A program made the translations under genes and the position numbers. From Minisyncoccota bacterium (lineage in GTDB: Bacteria; Patescibacteriota; Minisyncoccia; Phycocordibacterales; UBA5272), in the NCBI GenBank assembly GCA_018062965.1, contig JAGORG010000001.1, forward strand, positions 7,488 to 71,487: a DNA stretch of 64,000 nt. The letters are read 5' to 3'. Of the stretch, positions 27,249-36,688 are shown piece after piece. Position 1 is the stretch's first letter. The number at the start of each line of letters is the position of its first letter. The notes beneath the pieces are model-generated. The model had not been told where the DNA came from and made no database searches. It was given only the letters and a program-made list of their open reading frames with translations.

Positions 27249-27324
27249 GATTCGAACTCACGGTCCGGTTGCCCAGACTCTTGTTTTCAAGACAAGTGCA
27301 ATAGACCAACTCTGCCACTCCTCC
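27237..27324 (-). tRNA. tRNA-Ser (anticodon TGA), class II
   Basis: GGAGGAG/CTCCTCC acceptor, D GCAG AGTTGGTCTATT GCAC?, anticodon stem CTTGT/ACAAG loop CTTGAAA, long variable arm, T-arm GTGAG TTCGAAT CTCAC, discriminator G. Confidence 0.8.
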
Positions 27325-27374
27325 CTGTTTCTTTACAGTCGAAATAATTTACCACATTTTCACATTTTTAACAA

Positions 27375-27830
27375 CTACACCGCATAGTGTTCACTGTAAT
27401 GACAGTTGGGGCATAGGAGTTCTAGATTTTCAAACGAATTATCTTTTCTGTTCCTATTTTTATGGTGAACATGCAGCACCTGATGAATTGCATATAAACA
27501 CCGTTCACATTGAGGTCCACGTAAATCAAAAAGCTGTTTTTTAATTGAACGGATTCCTTTTGCTTTGTCGTTTGGACCTTGCATAAGATAATGAATACCT
27601 GCACGATTTTTGTTAGCACATACCCTGCTACACGTTTTCTTATTGAACCCAGAAAGAATAAGTTTTCCGCACACAATACAAGAAACTTCTTTACGGCAAG
27701 AAATACCATAACAAGCACTACTACAGAACAGTTTGTTTTTCGTAGCTTTTATTTCTGAAGGTCTTTTGTAGATTGACCTGTTACACACGCAACATGCTGT
27801 ATTTGGCTTTCTTATGTATAACTCAGTCAC
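27375..27830 (-). CDS. HNH endonuclease with multiple CxxC zinc knuckles
   Basis: HVHHKNRNRKDNSFENLELLCPNCH. Confidence 0.7.
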   Translation of the reverse strand: MTELYIRKPNTACCVCNRSIYKRPSEIKATKNKLFCSSACYGISCRKEVSCIVCGKLILSGFNKKTCSRVCANKNRAGIHYLMQGPNDKAKGIRSIKKQLFDLRGPQCERCLYAIHQVLHVHHKNRNRKDNSFENLELLCPNCHYSEHYAV

Positions 27831-27899
27831 TAATCCAGTTTACCACAAGATAAGCTCCTATGGTCAAATGACAAAAAATATTGTAGTATCTGATGTATC

Positions 27900-27971
27900 G
27901 CTCTCGTAGTTCAATGGATAGAATTCAAGTTTGCGGTACTTGCGATGCAGGTTCGATTCCTGCCGAGGGCA
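27900..27971 (+). tRNA. tRNA-Arg, anticodon read as GCG (unusual)
   Basis: GCTCTCG/CGAGGGC acceptor, anticodon stem CAAGT/ACTTG loop TTGCGGT, T-arm GCAGG TTCGATT CCTGC. Confidence 0.65.
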
Positions 27972-27975
27972 CATG

Positions 27976-28015
27976 AAAACAAAACAACCACTTTAAAAAG
28001 TGGTTGTTTTGTTTT
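27976..28015 (+). terminator. terminator AAAACAAAACAACCACTTT-aaaa-AGTGGTTGTTTTGTTTT
   Basis: long palindrome directly after tRNA-Arg. Confidence 0.7.
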
Positions 28016-28021
28016 CAAAAA

Positions 28022-28135
28022 CTCTGCCCTCGACAGGAATCGAACCGAAGGTCCACATTTTTAATAAACAAAGTGAATACTAAAAATGTAGAATCTCGAC
28101 CAAAGGGAGAGGCTGTTCCTGCAAAAAGGGCGCAC
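28022..28135. repeat. tRNA-associated module copy A: inverted copy of tRNA-Arg 3' end (28022-28046) + conserved 66-nt hairpin core (28047-28112) + imperfect direct copy of tRNA 3' end (28113-28135)
   Basis: ggttcgattcctgYcgagggca shared with 27950-27971 in reverse complement; core about 80% identical to 32559-32623. Confidence 0.6.
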
Positions 28136-28251
28136 TATAGAGAACCCTCGTACAAATCACATTTTAAGATATTCTCAGCCGACAAATACTTCTTGATGTA
28201 ACCTAACTTTGAATACAAACAATAAACCGACCACGCGGGTCGGTTTATTGT

Positions 28252-28521
28252 TTACTTTGTTATTGCTTTTGCGATTGCCTTTGCAAGACGAGACTTCTTG
28301 CGGTTTGCAGTACCTTTCTTGATAACCCCACCCTTAGCTGCTTTATCAAGAGCCTTGAATGCGAGTGAAAGTTCTTCAACTGTTTCTTTTGTTTTCTTTG
28401 CCAAAGTAGCAGATCTAACTGTCTTTACAGCTTCTTTCATCGTACGGCGTAGCTTGTCGTTAACGACGCGCTTGCGTAGACTTGATCGGTGTGCTCTTTT
28501 TGCGTTTTTTGTAATTGCCAT
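28252..28521 (-). CDS. rpsT: 30S ribosomal protein S20
   Basis: MAITKNAKRAHRSSLRKRVVNDKLRR... Confidence 0.85.
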   Translation of the reverse strand: MAITKNAKRAHRSSLRKRVVNDKLRRTMKEAVKTVRSATLAKKTKETVEELSLAFKALDKAAKGGVIKKGTANRKKSRLAKAIAKAITK

Positions 28522-28595
28522 ATGTTTATGTGAATGTAGCTACTCTACCACAAAAAGCTTAATTCTTCAATACCTACACATGATATACTCGCTCT

Positions 28596-29156
28596 ATGAT
28601 TGGTTACCTTACAGGAACAGTATTTCAAACCTCAGAACGAAACATACTTCTTTTAGTTGGTGGGGTTGGCTACAGTATTCTTGCTCCACTACCGACGATC
28701 CTTGCAAGCGAACACGGAAAAGACCGTTCTCTTTATATTCATACACATGTCAGAGAAGATGCTATTACGCTCTATGGTTTTGATAAAGACATAGAATTAG
28801 AAACATTTGAACGACTTATCTCTGTATCTGGTATTGGCCCAAAATCAGCACTTGCTATGCTTTCAGTTCACTCCCCTGCATCAATTGCTGAAGCAGTAGA
28901 GCGCGGGGATGCGGCGCTTCTTTCTCATACACCAGGAATTGGCAAAAAAACTGCAGAAAAAATAATCGTTGAACTGCGTGGCAAACTGGTACATCTCCAA
29001 GGTGCCGAAATAACCGACACACTCTTTGAGGTACGCCTCGCTCTTGAAGCTCTCGGATATTCATCAAAAGAAATTCACGAGGTATTACAAAAACTAAACC
29101 CGCTTGAAAAAAATACAAGCAAACTTATTACGCAAGCATTAGCAGAATTAAAATAA
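28596..29156 (+). CDS. ruvA: Holliday junction helicase subunit RuvA
   Basis: MIGYLTGTV...LLLVGGVGY; HhH region GIGPKSALA. Confidence 0.8.
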   Translation: MIGYLTGTVFQTSERNILLLVGGVGYSILAPLPTILASEHGKDRSLYIHTHVREDAITLYGFDKDIELETFERLISVSGIGPKSALAMLSVHSPASIAEAVERGDAALLSHTPGIGKKTAEKIIVELRGKLVHLQGAEITDTLFEVRLALEALGYSSKEIHEVLQKLNPLEKNTSKLITQALAELK

Positions 29157-29160
29157 CATC

Positions 29161-30432
29161 ATGCTAGAACGTATTCTTCGCACCATCGAAAAGCTAACCC
29201 CAAAAAAACTCTATCGTTTTTTGCAACCTGTGTATCATTTTCTTCTTGCATGCACTGGAACGATTATCTACCGCCACCCATCGCAACACATCTACGTCAT
29301 AGGTATCACTGGAACAAAGGGTAAATCTTCTACAACGGAGTTTGTAAACGCAGTTCTTGAAGCTTGTGGGAAAAAGACAGCGGTGCTTTCTACTATCCGT
29401 TTCAAGGTGGGAACAGAGTCTCGACCAAACAAATACAAAATGACCATGCCGGGGAGATTTTTTACACAGTCATTTTTACGACAAGCGGTTGATGCCGGAT
29501 GCGAGTACGCAATCATAGAAATGACATCAGAAGGCGCACGATTCTTTAGACACTTTGGAGTGTCAATGGATGCACTTATCTTTACCAACCTCTCCCCTGA
29601 GCACATCGAAAGTCATGGCTCATTTGAACGCTACAAACGTGCAAAGCTTCGCCTTGTACATAACTTGGCACGCAGTCGCAAACCTGTTCGTATATGTATC
29701 GCAAATATAGATAACGAACACGCTCCGAGTTTTCTCATTCATGATATAGAAAAAAATATTGGGTACTCACTTAGTCATACGCATATCCTTTCTGAGACAC
29801 CGACATCTAGTACTATCAAGTGGCATGATATAGATATCACCATTCCACTTCCTGGAAAATTTAATATTTCAAATGCACTTGCTGCTCTCACACTCGCGCA
29901 TGAGCTTGGACTATCAGTCGAGCAAGCAAAGCAAGGTATCGAGTCTCTTTCACTTATTCGTGGTCGAGTTGAACGAGTAGATGCTGGGCAAGACTTTTCA
30001 GTTATTGTTGACTATGCACATACTGATGACTCACTTCGCAAGCTCTACGAGACATTTCCAACATCTCGTAAAATTGCAGTACTTGGTTCTACTGGCGGAG
30101 GACGAGACTCGTGGAAGCGACCAGTTCTTGGAAAAATCGCAGACGAATACTGTGACGAAATTATCATTACCAACGAAGACCCGTATGATGAAGACCCGAT
30201 GAAAATTATTGAAGAGGTTGCAAAGGGTGTGACAACACATACACCAATGATTATTCTCGATCGTCGTGAAGCAATCGCACACGCTCTGTCTCTGGCGCGC
30301 ACAGGAGACACAGTTCTCATAACAGGCAAAGGAACTGACCCCTACATTATGGGACCACATGGAACAAAAGAAGTTTGGGATGACGCAACAGTTGCAAAAG
30401 AAGAGCTAGAAAAAATACCAAAGATACAATAA
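29161..30432 (+). CDS. Mur ligase family protein (MurE-like)
   Basis: GITGTKGKSSTTEF ATP-binding motif; VDYAHTDDSL. Confidence 0.65.
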   Translation: MLERILRTIEKLTPKKLYRFLQPVYHFLLACTGTIIYRHPSQHIYVIGITGTKGKSSTTEFVNAVLEACGKKTAVLSTIRFKVGTESRPNKYKMTMPGRFFTQSFLRQAVDAGCEYAIIEMTSEGARFFRHFGVSMDALIFTNLSPEHIESHGSFERYKRAKLRLVHNLARSRKPVRICIANIDNEHAPSFLIHDIEKNIGYSLSHTHILSETPTSSTIKWHDIDITIPLPGKFNISNALAALTLAHELGLSVEQAKQGIESLSLIRGRVERVDAGQDFSVIVDYAHTDDSLRKLYETFPTSRKIAVLGSTGGGRDSWKRPVLGKIADEYCDEIIITNEDPYDEDPMKIIEEVAKGVTTHTPMIILDRREAIAHALSLARTGDTVLITGKGTDPYIMGPHGTKEVWDDATVAKEELEKIPKIQ

Positions 30433-30433
30433 G

Positions 30434-30461
30434 AAAACCCGGCGCTCCGCGCCGGGTTTTT
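30434..30461. terminator. terminator AAAACCCGGCGCtcCGCGCCGGGTTTTT
   Basis: GC hairpin + T-run. Confidence 0.8.
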
Positions 30462-30472
30462 GGTTGCCTCAG

Positions 30473-30925
30473 TTAAGGCCTCAAAGGTTTTCCATCTACC
30501 TCTATTGGGATCCATGTCCCCTCCACTTGCTCCTCGTAAACGACATATTGGCGAACAGACAGAATGTCGTTCCTGAGATGGAGCTGGCAAAGTCTACACC
30601 CCGACTCACGAGGTACCAGTTGCGTCCGGATTCGCTGTGCACTTCCCTTTCTTTCAAACGTGACAAGGTCTGTGGCAATCAACTTTTCAGGATATTCCAC
30701 GGCGTACTCGTCATGTTTAGGAAGACCGCACCCTTCTTCGGGTTTGAGAACAAGAAACCTTTGGGTAGGAACATCCCACCCTTCTCTTGTGATTTTGTAA
30801 TCTCCCAGAACCCGAAACGGGCCAAGTGGAGGCGGATCAGGTTCCCCTTCGCAGTGGGTCATCTCTGGAAAAAACTTGTACAGACCATTTATCTTGAGCG
30901 GATATGGTGTATGAACGTCGTCCAT
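30473..30925 (-). CDS. hypothetical protein (150 aa) in roughly 50% GC insert
   Basis: ORF with distinct codon usage. Confidence 0.45.
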   Translation of the reverse strand: MDDVHTPYPLKINGLYKFFPEMTHCEGEPDPPPLGPFRVLGDYKITREGWDVPTQRFLVLKPEEGCGLPKHDEYAVEYPEKLIATDLVTFERKGSAQRIRTQLVPRESGCRLCQLHLRNDILSVRQYVVYEEQVEGTWIPIEVDGKPLRP

Positions 30926-30999
30926 GGATTTCTCCAGTTTGTTTGTACAATCCCTTTCGGGGCTTGCGATAACCCTACCATATCGGCTATAGTCTTGTC

Positions 31000-31920
31000 A
31001 TGCCCGAACTCCCAGAAGTCCATACTACCGTCACAGGTCTCCATAAAGTTTTGCCTGGACTTACTATAACCGATGTCTGGTCAGATATGTGGTCATCTGC
31101 AAAGCTCTCAAAAAATACGATCAAAGACCGTAGCTACTTCCCCTATTTCAAAAAGTACACACTTGGTAAAAAAATCATCGCTGTACGTCGTCGTGCAAAA
31201 CATATTTTGATAGACCTCGAGAATGGCTTCACGATGATCATTCACATGAAGATGACAGGACATCTCATGTACGGAACCTACAAGGAAAACAGAACATACA
31301 ACGGTCGCGAGTGGTCATGGATTCCCACAGAAAAAGATTCTCCCCTACATGACCCATACAATCGCCATATCCATGTCGTGTTCACGCTTTCAAATAAAAA
31401 ACAGTTAGTCTTTTGTGATTCGCGAAAGTTCGGCACAATAGTTGTAGAAAAAACAGATACGTTACACACAGAGCGTCTCGCACACCTTGGACCAGAACCA
31501 CTTGAAACGACGTTCACACAAAATAACTTTAAGGAACGCATTATGAAATCCCCCGCTCGCGCCATCAAAACGGTGTTGATGGATCAAACAATCGTCGCTG
31601 GGATTGGAAATATTTATTCCGATGAAATGCTTCACCGAGCACATATCCTACCAACACGCACACCAAAGAGCTTTGATGAAACGGAGTGGAAACTGCTCTT
31701 CAAAGCAATGAAAGATGTCCTCATGAAAGGAATAAATTTTGGTGGAGACTCGACGAGCGACTATCGCAACATAGAAGGCTCCCGCGGAAAGTTCCATGAA
31801 AACCATCTCGTCTATCTCCGAACAAAAGAAAAATGCCTGGCACGCGGATGTGCAGGCATTATCGAAAAGAAAACCATCGGCGGACGAAGCGCTCACTTTT
31901 GCACTGTGTGTCAGAAGTAA
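31000..31920 (+). CDS. mutM: formamidopyrimidine-DNA glycosylase
   Basis: MPELPEVHTTV N-terminus; C-terminal zinc finger CLARGC...CTVCQK. Confidence 0.8.
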   Translation: MPELPEVHTTVTGLHKVLPGLTITDVWSDMWSSAKLSKNTIKDRSYFPYFKKYTLGKKIIAVRRRAKHILIDLENGFTMIIHMKMTGHLMYGTYKENRTYNGREWSWIPTEKDSPLHDPYNRHIHVVFTLSNKKQLVFCDSRKFGTIVVEKTDTLHTERLAHLGPEPLETTFTQNNFKERIMKSPARAIKTVLMDQTIVAGIGNIYSDEMLHRAHILPTRTPKSFDETEWKLLFKAMKDVLMKGINFGGDSTSDYRNIEGSRGKFHENHLVYLRTKEKCLARGCAGIIEKKTIGGRSAHFCTVCQK

Positions 31921-32165
31921 ACATCACGCACAGCCTCGCTACTTATTCTTCTCCTAAAGTAGTAGCCGCGCTTTTCGTCGTAGAGCATGCAGAGATTTGT
32001 CAGACCTGACTCGTCAGATCCAATCGACCTCGTGTTATAGGGTGCCGTGTCTGCACGCTCACAATCCCTTCGGATGGTAACCAAAACGGACAGTACCGCA
32101 AACAACAGTACAACTACAGCAATGCCAAGGATTTGGTATTCGTTAATGAGCGAGAAAGAACTCAT
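31911..32165 (-). CDS. small membrane protein (84 aa)
   Basis: single TM helix. Confidence 0.35.
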   Translation of the reverse strand: MSSFSLINEYQILGIAVVVLLFAVLSVLVTIRRDCERADTAPYNTRSIGSDESGLTNLCMLYDEKRGYYFRRRISSEAVRDVYF

Positions 32166-32442
32166 GGGAATCTCCTATGTTTGTTTATATAAACACTACA
32201 GCAAAATATTCCAATACGCAAAATATTGTATACTACAAACATGTCTCTCCTCTTAAAAATCTTTGTAGGTTTCTGGGCGCTGTGGATTCTCTGGTATATC
32301 ACCGGCGGGCCACTTCGCGATGATAAAACAAAACCATTTGTCGGGCCAAACCAGAGAGGTCAACTAGAAATGTTTGGTACATCGTCCCTTCCACGATAAC
32401 TGGAAAAATATTAGAATTTTTGCTAGGATAGAGCAACCAAAT

Positions 32443-32515
32443 GCCCCTATAGCTCAGTTGGTAGAGCAGCGGCCTTTTAAGCCGACGGTCGCAGGTTCGA
32501 TCCCTGCTGGGGGCA
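32443..32515 (+). tRNA. tRNA-Lys (anticodon TTT)
   Basis: GCCCCTA/TGGGGGC acceptor, D GCTC AGTTGGTA GAGC, loop CTTTTAA, T-arm GCAGG TTCGATC CCTGC. Confidence 0.85.
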
Positions 32516-32540
32516 CAAAATAAGCGAAGCGTTTTTGATA

Positions 32541-32641
32541 CCCAGCAGGGATCGAACCGAAGGTCCATATTTTTAAGAAACGAAGTGACTATAAAAATAT
32601 ATGATCTCGACTGAAAGGAGAGGCGGACCTGCTGGGGGCAC
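32541..32641. repeat. tRNA-associated module copy B: perfect 18-nt inverted copy of tRNA-Lys 3' end (32541-32558) + conserved 65-nt hairpin core (32559-32623) + direct copy of tRNA 3' end (32624-32641)
   Basis: cccagcagggatcgaacc = reverse complement of 32494-32511; cctgctgggggcac repeated directly. Confidence 0.65.
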
Positions 32642-32659
32642 TCAGCACTAAAAACACCT

Positions 32660-33184
32660 ATGAAAACCTTCAAAAATATTTATGACGAGGACACACTTGA
32701 GAATGAAGCTAAACCAAGCAGTGAATATACTCTACGACCAACAGTAAAGGCTATCGTTATCAACAACGAAAATAACATTGCACTACTAAAAGCTCGCGGA
32801 CACTACTTGCTCCCTGGTGGAGGCATAGAGACTGGCGAGTCTGCTATAGATGCGCTACGAAGAGAGCTGATGGAAGAGATTGGTTGCAATATTGATAACA
32901 TCAAAGAACTTGGTATTTCGAACCAATTTAGAAAAAAGCATATGGTTCACTACGAAGTAGTATTCTTTAGTGCAAACGTTGCTGGTGAAAAAGGAAACCT
33001 AACAACTACCCAAGAAGACGAGCTACGAGATGTTGAGTTGTTGTGGTTTAACAAAGAAAAAGTCTTTACACTTCTAAAGTCTCAGATAGATACACAAGAT
33101 GAAAATGAATACTCATTTTATTTTAATTCCCGCTCTCACTTTGGAGCATTTGAGGAATACATCACAAATTCACAAGATAGGTAA
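32660..33184 (+). CDS. NUDIX hydrolase
   Basis: Nudix box GGGIETGESAIDALRRELMEEIG. Confidence 0.8.
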   Translation: MKTFKNIYDEDTLENEAKPSSEYTLRPTVKAIVINNENNIALLKARGHYLLPGGGIETGESAIDALRRELMEEIGCNIDNIKELGISNQFRKKHMVHYEVVFFSANVAGEKGNLTTTQEDELRDVELLWFNKEKVFTLLKSQIDTQDENEYSFYFNSRSHFGAFEEYITNSQDR

Positions 33185-33193
33185 AATAAAAGT

Positions 33194-33823
33194 CTACACT
33201 CCAAGCACGATACTCTCTAACTCAACTTTTAAATCCTTCTCCCCTCGATGAGCATCGAGACTTGCACGGATGATACGGGATGCAAATAGCTCACATTCTT
33301 TTTCAGAAAACTTTGTTGCTTTACCTGACTTTGTGTCCTCCCATATTGTTTTCATCTTCCACCACAGAGCCCCTTGTATCGCCTCAGCAGAGTCAGTGTC
33401 TCGTAGCTTCATCCATTCAAGCCATGCTTGTTTCTTATCTCGTCGCGCAAACGCATTACAAAGAGTAAACGGAGTTGCGGATTCAACTTTTTCCTCACGT
33501 GCGTCAAATGTTTTTGTAGAATACTTTTCGAGACGCTTAACACGATTCGCATCCGCCAGAGGCTCATCGATAATAAATATATTTTCTGAGGTTTGCATCT
33601 CTCCGAGCAAATCAACTACAACGTCCCTACTACCTGCCACGTCCATTGTTTGAATAAGGTTGGCAACTATTTTTTCACCAAAAAGACTACGAGCTTCCAC
33701 GAGTGGTTTGAGTGCTGCAATTTGTTCGCTGTATATATGTACCGAAATAGGTCCAAGAGAAGCAAGTTCCTTGTAAGCTTTTTCTCGACGTAGCGTATCT
33801 GTACCGATAAGTGAATATATCAT
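33194..33823 (-). CDS. possible DNA polymerase III delta subunit-like protein
   Basis: size/position next to polA and weak resemblance to HolA N-terminal region. Confidence 0.35.
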   Translation of the reverse strand: MIYSLIGTDTLRREKAYKELASLGPISVHIYSEQIAALKPLVEARSLFGEKIVANLIQTMDVAGSRDVVVDLLGEMQTSENIFIIDEPLADANRVKRLEKYSTKTFDAREEKVESATPFTLCNAFARRDKKQAWLEWMKLRDTDSAEAIQGALWWKMKTIWEDTKSGKATKFSEKECELFASRIIRASLDAHRGEKDLKVELESIVLGV

Positions 33824-33826
33824 ATC

Positions 33827-36178
33827 TTAGAGAGCTTGAAGGTTGGCCCCGAGAGACCTTGAGGCGACGAGTGGAAGATTAGACAGATTTCTTTTTTTCA
33901 AAACGTTTTCAAGTACTACCACCAAGTCATCTGCAACAGACTCTGCAATATCAGCATCTAACTCAAAAACAAGTTCATCGTGAATTTGAAGTGAGAGTTT
34001 CACTTTGTCTTGTAGGTTTTTTTCTTTGATGTACGCGTCCGCATCAATCATAGCGAGCTTGATAACATCTGCTGATGTTCCTTGTATTGGTGCGTTAATA
34101 GCAATACGTTCACCTTGGGCTCGCAAAAATGGAAGCGGACTTTTAAGTAGCGGCACCTCGCGACGACGTCCAAGAAGGGTGACCGTATAACCGTGTTTCC
34201 ATGCGTATGCTTTTACTTCTTCAAGATATTCCATGAGTCGGGTAAAGGTTGCTTTGTATTGATCATAAAACGCTTGAGCTTCTGCTCGTTCTACATGCAT
34301 ACCCTCCTTAAGAGAGGTAACCCCCATACCATACAAAATACCAAAGTTGATAGCTTTTGCTTTGCGACGCATATCTGCTGTCACATCAGCTTCTGAAACA
34401 CCAAACACGCGCGCCGCGGTTCCTGTGTGAACGTCAATGTTCTTTTCAAAAATTTCAATCAGATGTTTGTCCCCTGAAAGCATCGCAGCAGCTCTCAAGT
34501 CAATCTGCGCGTAGTCACATGAAAGCAATACTTTTCCAGGTGGAGCAACGAATGCTTCGCGAACTTTTTTCCCAAGCTCGCTTTTGATTGGTAGGTTTTG
34601 TAGATTTGGATCTTCACAACTAAATCGCCCCGTCCCTGCTCCTGTTTGAATAAAGTGCGCGTGAATGCGACCGTCATCTTGTACATAGTTTGGTAGCGTA
34701 TCAATATACGTCGAGAGTAGTTTGGTCAGTTCGCGATATTCTATTATCTGTACAACAATAGGATGCTCGTCTTTTATTTTTTCAAGCTCGCCTGCATTTG
34801 TACTTTTTGCACCAGTTGATGTTTTTTTGATTTTTGTTCCGAGGTTTAGTTTTTCATACAACACTTCTCCAAGCTGTTTTGGTGAAGCAATATTAAATTC
34901 CATTCCAGCGGATGTATAAATTTCCTGAGAGAGAGCAACTACACGAGCGTGTAATTCTTTACTTAACTTCCCCAACCCTTTTGTGTCTAATGTGATACCG
35001 CAGGCTTCCATGTCTCTGATAACCGACATGAGCGGTTGCTCGACTTCTTCGTACAAATTCCATAGCCCTTCTTTTTTGAGCTCTTCCTGAAGCCAAGCTC
35101 GCATATCTACAAAAGATGACTTGTCAGTAAGTGTACGAATGTCTACAAGGGAAGCATTTGTCATTTCACTATGGAGCAAGTGCGTCATAACTCGCAGTTC
35201 TTCAAGATCGGCGAGTGCAACCTCTTCTTCAACAACTAGAGGCGCTTCACCTTCTCGTGTATCGATACTTGCAAGTTTGTTTCGCAGTGAGCGAAACTCA
35301 AACTCATCGCAAAGTTTTTCGTATTCTTCCATGTTGATGGTTTCACTCCACTTTTTTTCTGGGAATACATACGTAACAGGTGCGTCGCGTCTAATGGTTG
35401 CTAGTGTTTTAGAAAAGAGCGCCTCTTCTTCACCTTCTTCAAGAAGTTTTACCATGCGCTCTTTGAATCCTTTTTCTAAAAACTGATTGCGGTCTTTTTT
35501 AATGGCAACATACATGGACTCAACACTTCCAAAAGCTTTGATGAGTTCGGTTGCTGTTTTATCTCCAATACCTTTGATGCCGATGATGTTATCTGATGGA
35601 TCACCCGCTAGACCCTTGTAATCTGGAATCATCTTCGGGCCAAAACCGTAGCGTTCTATAACAGCCTTTTCATCAAAGAGTACTGTGTCGTTTCCCCGCT
35701 TGAGCGTATAGACAAATACTTTTTCATCATCAACAAGCTGTAGTGTATCCATATCTCCACTTGCGATAATGATTCGAACATCTTTTCTTTGTTTGAGCTG
35801 ATCAACAATCGTACCCAACATATCATCCGCCTCAAAGCCTTCATGACAATACACTGGAATGGATAGACGTTCACAAATAGATGGAGCGGCTTTTAGTTGT
35901 TCCGCAAGTGCGTCTTCTGTTTTTGCACGACCTGCTTTGTATGCATCGTATGATGTGTGACGAAATGTAGGCTTTGGCAAATCAAAACACGCAGCAATAT
36001 AATCTGGTTTGATTTCGTTATACAAACGAAGAACCATGGTCATCAGCCCATAGATAGCACCCGTTGGTCGACCATCTCGAGTGGCGAACCCCTGCATCGC
36101 ATGATACCCACGATGAAGTACCGCATGAGCATCCAGTAGCACGATAGTATATGGGTGGTTAGATTTAGTTGATGCCAT
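33827..36178 (-). CDS. polA: DNA polymerase I (5'-3' exonuclease + polymerase domains)
   Basis: [37 protein letters not shown]. Confidence 0.9.
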   Translation of the reverse strand: MASTKSNHPYTIVLLDAHAVLHRGYHAMQGFATRDGRPTGAIYGLMTMVLRLYNEIKPDYIAACFDLPKPTFRHTSYDAYKAGRAKTEDALAEQLKAAPSICERLSIPVYCHEGFEADDMLGTIVDQLKQRKDVRIIIASGDMDTLQLVDDEKVFVYTLKRGNDTVLFDEKAVIERYGFGPKMIPDYKGLAGDPSDNIIGIKGIGDKTATELIKAFGSVESMYVAIKKDRNQFLEKGFKERMVKLLEEGEEEALFSKTLATIRRDAPVTYVFPEKKWSETINMEEYEKLCDEFEFRSLRNKLASIDTREGEAPLVVEEEVALADLEELRVMTHLLHSEMTNASLVDIRTLTDKSSFVDMRAWLQEELKKEGLWNLYEEVEQPLMSVIRDMEACGITLDTKGLGKLSKELHARVVALSQEIYTSAGMEFNIASPKQLGEVLYEKLNLGTKIKKTSTGAKSTNAGELEKIKDEHPIVVQIIEYRELTKLLSTYIDTLPNYVQDDGRIHAHFIQTGAGTGRFSCEDPNLQNLPIKSELGKKVREAFVAPPGKVLLSCDYAQIDLRAAAMLSGDKHLIEIFEKNIDVHTGTAARVFGVSEADVTADMRRKAKAINFGILYGMGVTSLKEGMHVERAEAQAFYDQYKATFTRLMEYLEEVKAYAWKHGYTVTLLGRRREVPLLKSPLPFLRAQGERIAINAPIQGTSADVIKLAMIDADAYIKEKNLQDKVKLSLQIHDELVFELDADIAESVADDLVVVLENVLKKRNLSNLPLVASRSLGANLQAL

Positions 36179-36617
36179 AGGTAATAGTCACATCACGTGT
36201 ATCGTCATCAATAACATCAAACGAAAGTACAACATCTGGTTCTATATATGACATCTTGCTTGGCCATTCGATAAGTACAAGCGTGTTTGGAGATGTTACG
36301 TCATCTTGTAGCTTTAAAACTTTTGCTTCTTTGGGGGCATCGAAACGATATGCATCGATGTGAACTATTTTTTTAAATGTTGCATGCGGAGTCGTGTACT
36401 CTTTTTTGAGAATAAATGTTGGACTGTGAACCTCTTCTGTTACCCCGAGACGTTTTGCAAGGGCTTTTGTAAATGTAGTTTTACCCGCACCAAGGTCGCC
36501 TTCGAGTAATACCACAGAACTTTTTGTGTGTTCATATGAGCCAAGGTGGTTAAGTACTTTGTCGACAACGGCATCAAGCCCTTGTTCATCTATGAGAAGC
36601 GTCTCTTTCATGTCCAC
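36165..36617 (-). CDS. tsaE: tRNA t6A biosynthesis ATPase TsaE (YjeE)
   Basis: [23 protein letters not shown]. Confidence 0.8.
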   Translation of the reverse strand: MDMKETLLIDEQGLDAVVDKVLNHLGSYEHTKSSVVLLEGDLGAGKTTFTKALAKRLGVTEEVHSPTFILKKEYTTPHATFKKIVHIDAYRFDAPKEAKVLKLQDDVTSPNTLVLIEWPSKMSYIEPDVVLSFDVIDDDTRDVTITYGIN

Positions 36618-36688
36618 ATTTTACCATACAAAACCGCCCCCTTGCGGGGGCGGTTTTTCCTTGCGACCACACTCACATAAGGCAAATG

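Larger units (their letters stand above)
16326..27324. mobile_element. putative integrative element at tRNA-Ser: minus-strand operon (HTH xis-like, giant helicase-nuclease, peptidase-ASCH, TPR-like) and plus-strand operon ending in serine integrase that reconstitutes the tRNA 3' end
   Basis: xis-like gene and integrase at opposite ends, GC 45-50% versus about 38% background, tRNA overlap. Confidence 0.5.

Noticed and set aside
28022-28135. Module copies A/B as bona fide minus-strand tRNA genes
   Set aside because: The T-stem partner of the inverted copy is missing (TTCGG instead of GCAGG). No D-arm or anticodon arm can be drawn. Only the 3' half is tRNA-derived.
28004-28201. 65-aa ORF spanning module copy A
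   Set aside because: It has no start context and crosses the terminator and the inverted tRNA copy. It is better explained as non-coding.
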